Part shown: positions 59,085-64,000 of the stretch, in pieces | Layout: every line of letters begins with the position of its first letter | Position numbering within the stretch: the stretch's first letter is position 1 | Source of the DNA: Macrostomum hystrix | Lineage: Eukaryota > Animalia > Platyhelminthes | Length of the DNA stretch: 64,000 nt | Assembly: GCA_950097015.1 (NCBI GenBank) | Contig: CATNEN010000028.1 | Span: 806,001-870,000, forward strand | Reading direction: 5' to 3' | Translations under genes and position numbers: made by a program | The notes under the pieces: generated by a model | The model's database searches: none | Told to the model about the DNA's origin: nothing | Seen by the model: the letters and a program-made list of their open reading frames with translations, nothing else

Positions 59085-60043
59085 CATGAGGTGGAGAGTC
59101 CATCAGATAGAGAGTCCATGAGGTAGAGAGTCCATGAGGTAGAGAGTCCATGAGGTAGAGTCTATCAGGTAGAGAGTCCATGAGGTAGAGTCTATCAGAT
59201 ACCGAGTCCATGAGGTAGAGAGTCCATCAGATACCGAGTCCATGAAGTAGAGAGTCCATCAGGTAGAGTCTATCAGGTAGAGAGTCCATGAGGTAGAGAG
59301 TCCATGAGGTAGAGTCCATCAGATAGAGAATCCATGAGGTAGAGAGTCCATGAGGTAGATTCTATTAGGTAGAGAGTCTATCAGGTAGAGTCTATCAGGT
59401 AGAGAGTCCATGAGGTAGAGAGTCCATGAGGTAGAGTCTCCATGAGGTAGAGTCCATCAGATAGAGAATCCATGAGGTAGAGAGTCCATGAGGTAGAGTC
59501 CATCAGATAGAGAATCCATGAGGTAGAGAGTCCATGAGGTAGATTCTATTAGGTAGAGAGTCTATCAGGTAGAGTCTATCAGGTAGAGAGTCCATGAGGT
59601 GGAGAGTCCATGAGGTGGAGAGTCCATGAGGTGGAGAGTCCATGAGGTGGAGAGTCCATGAGGTGGAGAGTCCATGAGGTGGAGAGTCCATGAGGTGGAG
59701 AGTCCATGAGGTGGAGAGTCCATGAGGTGGAGAGTCCATGAGGTGGAGAGTCCATGAGGTGGAGAGTCCATGAGGTGGAGAGTCCATGAGGTGGAGAGTC
59801 CATGAGGTGGAGAGTCCATGAGGTGGAGAGTCCATGAGGTGGAGAGTCCATGAGGTGGAGAGTCCATGAGGTGGAGAGTCCATGAGGTGGAGAGTCCATG
59901 AGGTGGAGAGTCCATGAGGTGGAGAGTCCATGAGGTGGAGAGTCCATGAGGTGGAGAGTCCATGAGGTGGAGAGTCCATGAGGTGGAGAGTCCATGAGGT
60001 GGAGAGTCCATGAGGTGGAGAGTCCATGAGGTGGAGAGTCCAT
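59085..60043. repeat. 16-bp minisatellite (GAGAGTCCATGAGGTG); heterogeneous left half, homogeneous right half
   Basis: Read directly; the ORFs at 59503-60047 are its translations. Confidence 0.96.
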
Positions 60044-60077
60044 TCAACTTATGATTTGAATCCCAGAATTACCTTCT

Positions 60078-60437
60078 CGCGCACACAGATACCGTACACC
60101 GGTACACACTCACGCAGGTGTGTACATCTGCCCTGACTTTCTCATTGTCTCATTTGAGGCAATTCTGCCTATTTCGCTGACTCCTGAGCACACTCGCACA
60201 CGTATACTGTACGCAGGCACACGCTTACACAGGTGTGTACATCTGCCCCTGACTTTCTCATCGTCAGGCAGTGTACACTCTTACTGTGCCTTGGAGGTTG
60301 GTGTAAATTGCACGAAAAGCCCCAAGCCTTCTCTACGCGGCTGCGTCCTAAATGAATGTAGCCTCGTCGCGGAATCGAGCTCAGGGACCTTGGCGCGAGA
60401 GGCAAACACGTTAGACCGCTCTGCCACTCACCCCCCC
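60078..60437 (-). mobile_element. SINE copy, 3'-truncated and internally duplicated
   Basis: Head GTGGCAGAGCGGTCTAACG...GAGCTCGATTCC; the segment CAGGTGTGTACATCTGCCC(C)TGACTTTCTCAT occurs twice (~60115 and ~60230). Confidence 0.88.
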
Positions 60438-62235
60438 TACTTTAGTTTAAGCTCTGCCTGACTTCGTCATATTCCAACCCATTCCAATAATAACCGACTA
60501 GTCCGGTTTGGACCGGTTTGGCGGTGGCGCCAGACAAGGTGAACCTTCCAACCAATCAGAAGTCAGCTGTGCCCTTGCACTATAAAATAGTAGTCTTTGA
60601 CAATCTATAGACATCTAACGCTTGAATTTCGACCATTCAAAGAAAAAAAATCTGTGACTCGGAAACAACCTACTTGTACTGTTGTGAATCATTTGTGTGG
60701 CTTCAAAGTGATCTAAAACTGTGCTTAGATGAAAATACCCCAGAGCGATTCTGCTCACCCTAATTAAAACGAATCGCTTAAACACAAGCTCATCGCATAG
60801 CAGCAGAAATGAGCCACCCCTCAGTATCAGGCCTTGGCTGCGAGTCTATATAGTGTCCACATTCTAGAACTGATTCTATACTAGATCCAGCGAAACACTA
60901 TATCCCACTCAGTGATTATCGATTTGTCAGTGACACACTCAGTGATACTGACAGCAATAACCCGTACAGCTGATAAGTATCAGATTGCACCTGGTACAAG
61001 CTCTCTCGCAATGAATTTTGATTAGTACATTTGTTTTTTTCGCCTGACACAAAATAGCAATCGCACTTGAAATTTGAGGCGCCTAAAAACTAGACTTAAA
61101 ATTTCACTCCTAAGGTAGGAAGTATTTGCACAGCGAGAAATAGGAATTTGTATTAAATTAATGAAATAAAATCTACAAGCCATGTACAGTTTGACGTTTG
61201 AACAAACAGCGCATCATCTTGTAAATTTCTGCATATTGGCATTCTCAGCAGGCAACACCATTTCTGAAGAGGCTGCTGGGCGCAGGGTGAGAAGTGCTAA
61301 GCTGGCTCCTTCATCAGTATGTCGCCAATCTAACACTATTTTTGTGTTTCCGGGCGTCACACTTTTCCCCGCGTCTGAACACTCCTGTTGCATCTCAGAC
61401 TGCGTAATCCCAGTAGTTGCTGTGCTATGCTAGATCGTAAAAGTACACGTGCACTCTTAACTGGACAAGGATTTGGCGCATCAGGCTGACTCTAGTACGA
61501 GTATTCAAAACCAACTGTACATTTGGCTTATTGTGAAGCAAAATATGATGCGACAAGCCGAATTAAATTATTTATCTTTTTCTCGAGAGCAGGAAATTTT
61601 AATCAGGCGGTTTGGAATTAAATAAAAAACTGTGAATTCTTACCTAGAACTCTAATTAAATAGAACGTACTCAAATCAGTAGTCAACGAATATCCAGGGA
61701 CGCAGCAGCTAATTAAGGGCTGACAATTCGATTTAGGAAAAACCAAAAAAGCAAAGCAGTAAAAGGAAAGTTTGACATTAAGAAGAATTTTGATTTCAGA
61801 GTTCTGTGAACCTGGAGTTCTATGAATCTGGAGTTCTATGAATCGGGATTTCTGTGAATTGGGATTTTTTTAAAACTGTGATAAAATACTTTAGCAAAGA
61901 TGAAAACTGAAGCAGTATTTGACTGCATAGTAAAAGGTTGATTAGGCTGAGAAGATTGTGCGACAAAAATTTTTGTTCGTCAGAAAAGTGCGCCTACTTA
62001 AAAGTTAGTTACTTACAGTCGGTTGCACCGGATCAAAGTGGGCCACTTCCAGCCTCCTGATTCGAGTGCTACGCCCCAAAACGATGTCGCACTATTGTGC
62101 TCAACGCCTGCTCAAATAGATGGTCCTCAACTCGAGTCACGCAGAGTCACGCAAGTATATAAGCTACGCGGTGTCTGTAAGGGAAGCAATTAGGTAGCGC
62201 TGCTTCTCAAGAACACGTTTGTGAAGCAAGTTTAA

Positions 62236-63036
62236 GTAGGATAATGTGAGTAGGATAATGTGTGTAGAATAATGTGTGTAGAATAATGTGAGTAGGATAA
62301 TGTGTGTAGGATAATGTGTGTAGAATAATGTGAGTAGGATAATGTGAGTAGGATAATGTGAGTAGGATAATGTGAGTAGGATAATGTGAGTAGGATAATG
62401 TGAGTAGGATAATATGAGTAGGATAATGTGAGTAGGATAATGTGAGTAGGATAATGTGTGTAGAATAATGTGTGTAGAATAATGTGAGTAGGATAATGTG
62501 AGTAGGATAATGTGAGTAGGATAATGTGTGTAGAATAATGTGAGTAGGATAATGTGAGTAGTATAATGTGAGTAGGATAATGTGAGTAGGATAATGTGTG
62601 TAGGATAATGTGAGTAGAATAATGTGAGTAGGATAATGTGAGTAGGATAATGTGAGTAGGATAATGTGAGTAGGATAATGTGAGTAGGATAATGTGAGTA
62701 GGATAATGTGTGTAGGATAATGTGAGTAGAATAATGTGAGTAGGATAATGTGAGTAGGATAATGTGAGTAGGATAATGTGTGTAGAATAATGTAAGTAGG
62801 ATAATGTGAGTAGAATAATGTGTGTAGAATAATGTGTGTAGAATAATGTGTGTAGAATAATGTGTGTAGAATAATGTGTGTAGAATAATGTGTGTAGGAT
62901 AATGTGAGTAGGATAATGTGTGTAGAATAATGTGTGTAGAGTAATGTGAGTAGGATAATGTGTGTAGAATAATGTGTGTAGAATAATGTGAGTAGGATAA
63001 TGTGAGTAGGATAATGTGAGTAGGATAATGTGTGTA
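62236..63036. repeat. 14-bp minisatellite (AATGTGAGTAGGAT), ~57 copies
   Basis: Read directly; ORF 62164-63222 is its translation (14 aa = 3 units). Confidence 0.96.
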
Positions 63037-63374
63037 AGATACTTTAAATAGAGTTGTCAGTAGTTTCAACTGCTCATACGACCGTAGCTCAAAATGCACT
63101 GACCCACTCCGATCATCAGTGTGTTTTTTCGGTATCAGAAATCCAGTGCGCACTCTCGCACCAATAAATAATTGATGGTTAGAGCTAATCTGCATCGAAT
63201 TGACACTTTCTGATCCCAACATTTTTTACGATAGCGGATTTTCGCGATTATAGCACGGCATGGTTCCGTACGGCTCTGAATTGAAAAGGCTTATTGAAAT
63301 TGAATGAAAAAGTGGAATCGAGTTTTCATTAAAACTCAATTTTCTCAATTTTCTCAGTTTCACATGTTCTCGAT

Positions 63375-64000
63375 CCTAAGGAGAGAGTTTGAGTCATTCT
63401 CAATCCTAAGGCGCGAGAGTTCTCAATCCTAAGAGAGAGTTTGAGCCGTTCTCAATCCTAAGAGAGAGTTTGAGCCGTTCTCAATCCTAAGAGAGAGTTT
63501 GAGCCGTTCTCAATCCTAAGAAAATAGTTTGAGTCATTCTCAATCCTAAGAAGAGAGTTTGAGTCATTCTCAATCCTAAGAGAGAGTTTGAGTCATTCTC
63601 AATCCTAAGAGAGAGTTTGAGCCGTTCTCAATCCTAAGAGAGAGTTTGAGTCATTCTCAATCCTAAGAGAGAGTTTGAGTCATTCTCAATCCTAAGAGAG
63701 AGTTTGAGTCATTCTCAATCCTAAGAGAGAGTTTGAGTCATTCTCAATCCTAAGAAGAGAGTTTGAGCCGTTCTCAATCCTAAGAAGAGAGTTTGAGCCG
63801 TTCTCAATCCTAAGAAGAGAGTTTGAGTCATTCTCAATCCTAAGAGAGAGTTTGAGTCATTCTCAATCCTAAGAAGAGAGTTTGAGCCGTTCTCAATCCT
63901 AAGAAGAGAGTTTGAGCTGTTCTCAATCCTAAGAGGGAGTTTGAGTCATTCTCAATCCTAAGGCGCGAGAGTTCTCAATCCTAAGAGAGAGTTTGAGCCG
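63375..64000. repeat. 29-30-bp minisatellite (TTCTCAATCCTAAG(A)AGAGAGTTTGAG(TCA/CCG)); runs off the window end
   Basis: Read directly, ~21 copies. Confidence 0.96.

Noticed and set aside
59503-63222. ORFs 59503-60047 and 62164-63222
   Set aside because: Stop-free translations of 16- and 14-bp repeats.

Overview
Eukaryotic (animal) genomic DNA with GT-AG introns and many minisatellites. The mix resembles a flatworm such as Macrostomum, but that is inference only. Three protein-coding genes lie on the minus strand. (1) A 42-exon, ~5,900-aa type I membrane protein (6702-30816) with Uninflatable/SVEP1-like architecture; its middle carries a ~3,000-aa insert made of a SUEL lectin plus four cassettes of discoidin-like, three-finger (Ly6/uPAR-like) and SEA-like domains. 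(2) An intronless Na+/K+-ATPase beta subunit (32331-33422). (3) A phosphagen (arginine-type) kinase (47352-50334) with NEGD in place of the NEED catalytic motif and a ~180-aa acidic repeat tail. Between the last two genes is a 12.1-kb satellite of ~404 x 30 bp that is stop-free in one frame but has no ATG. Also present: five copies or fragments of a tRNA-derived SINE, a dead Ty3/gypsy pol in which 29 bp of RT coding sequence has grown into a 12-copy minisatellite, and about ten other tandem arrays. All exon models were assembled by hand from splice signals and phase; no database search was possible.
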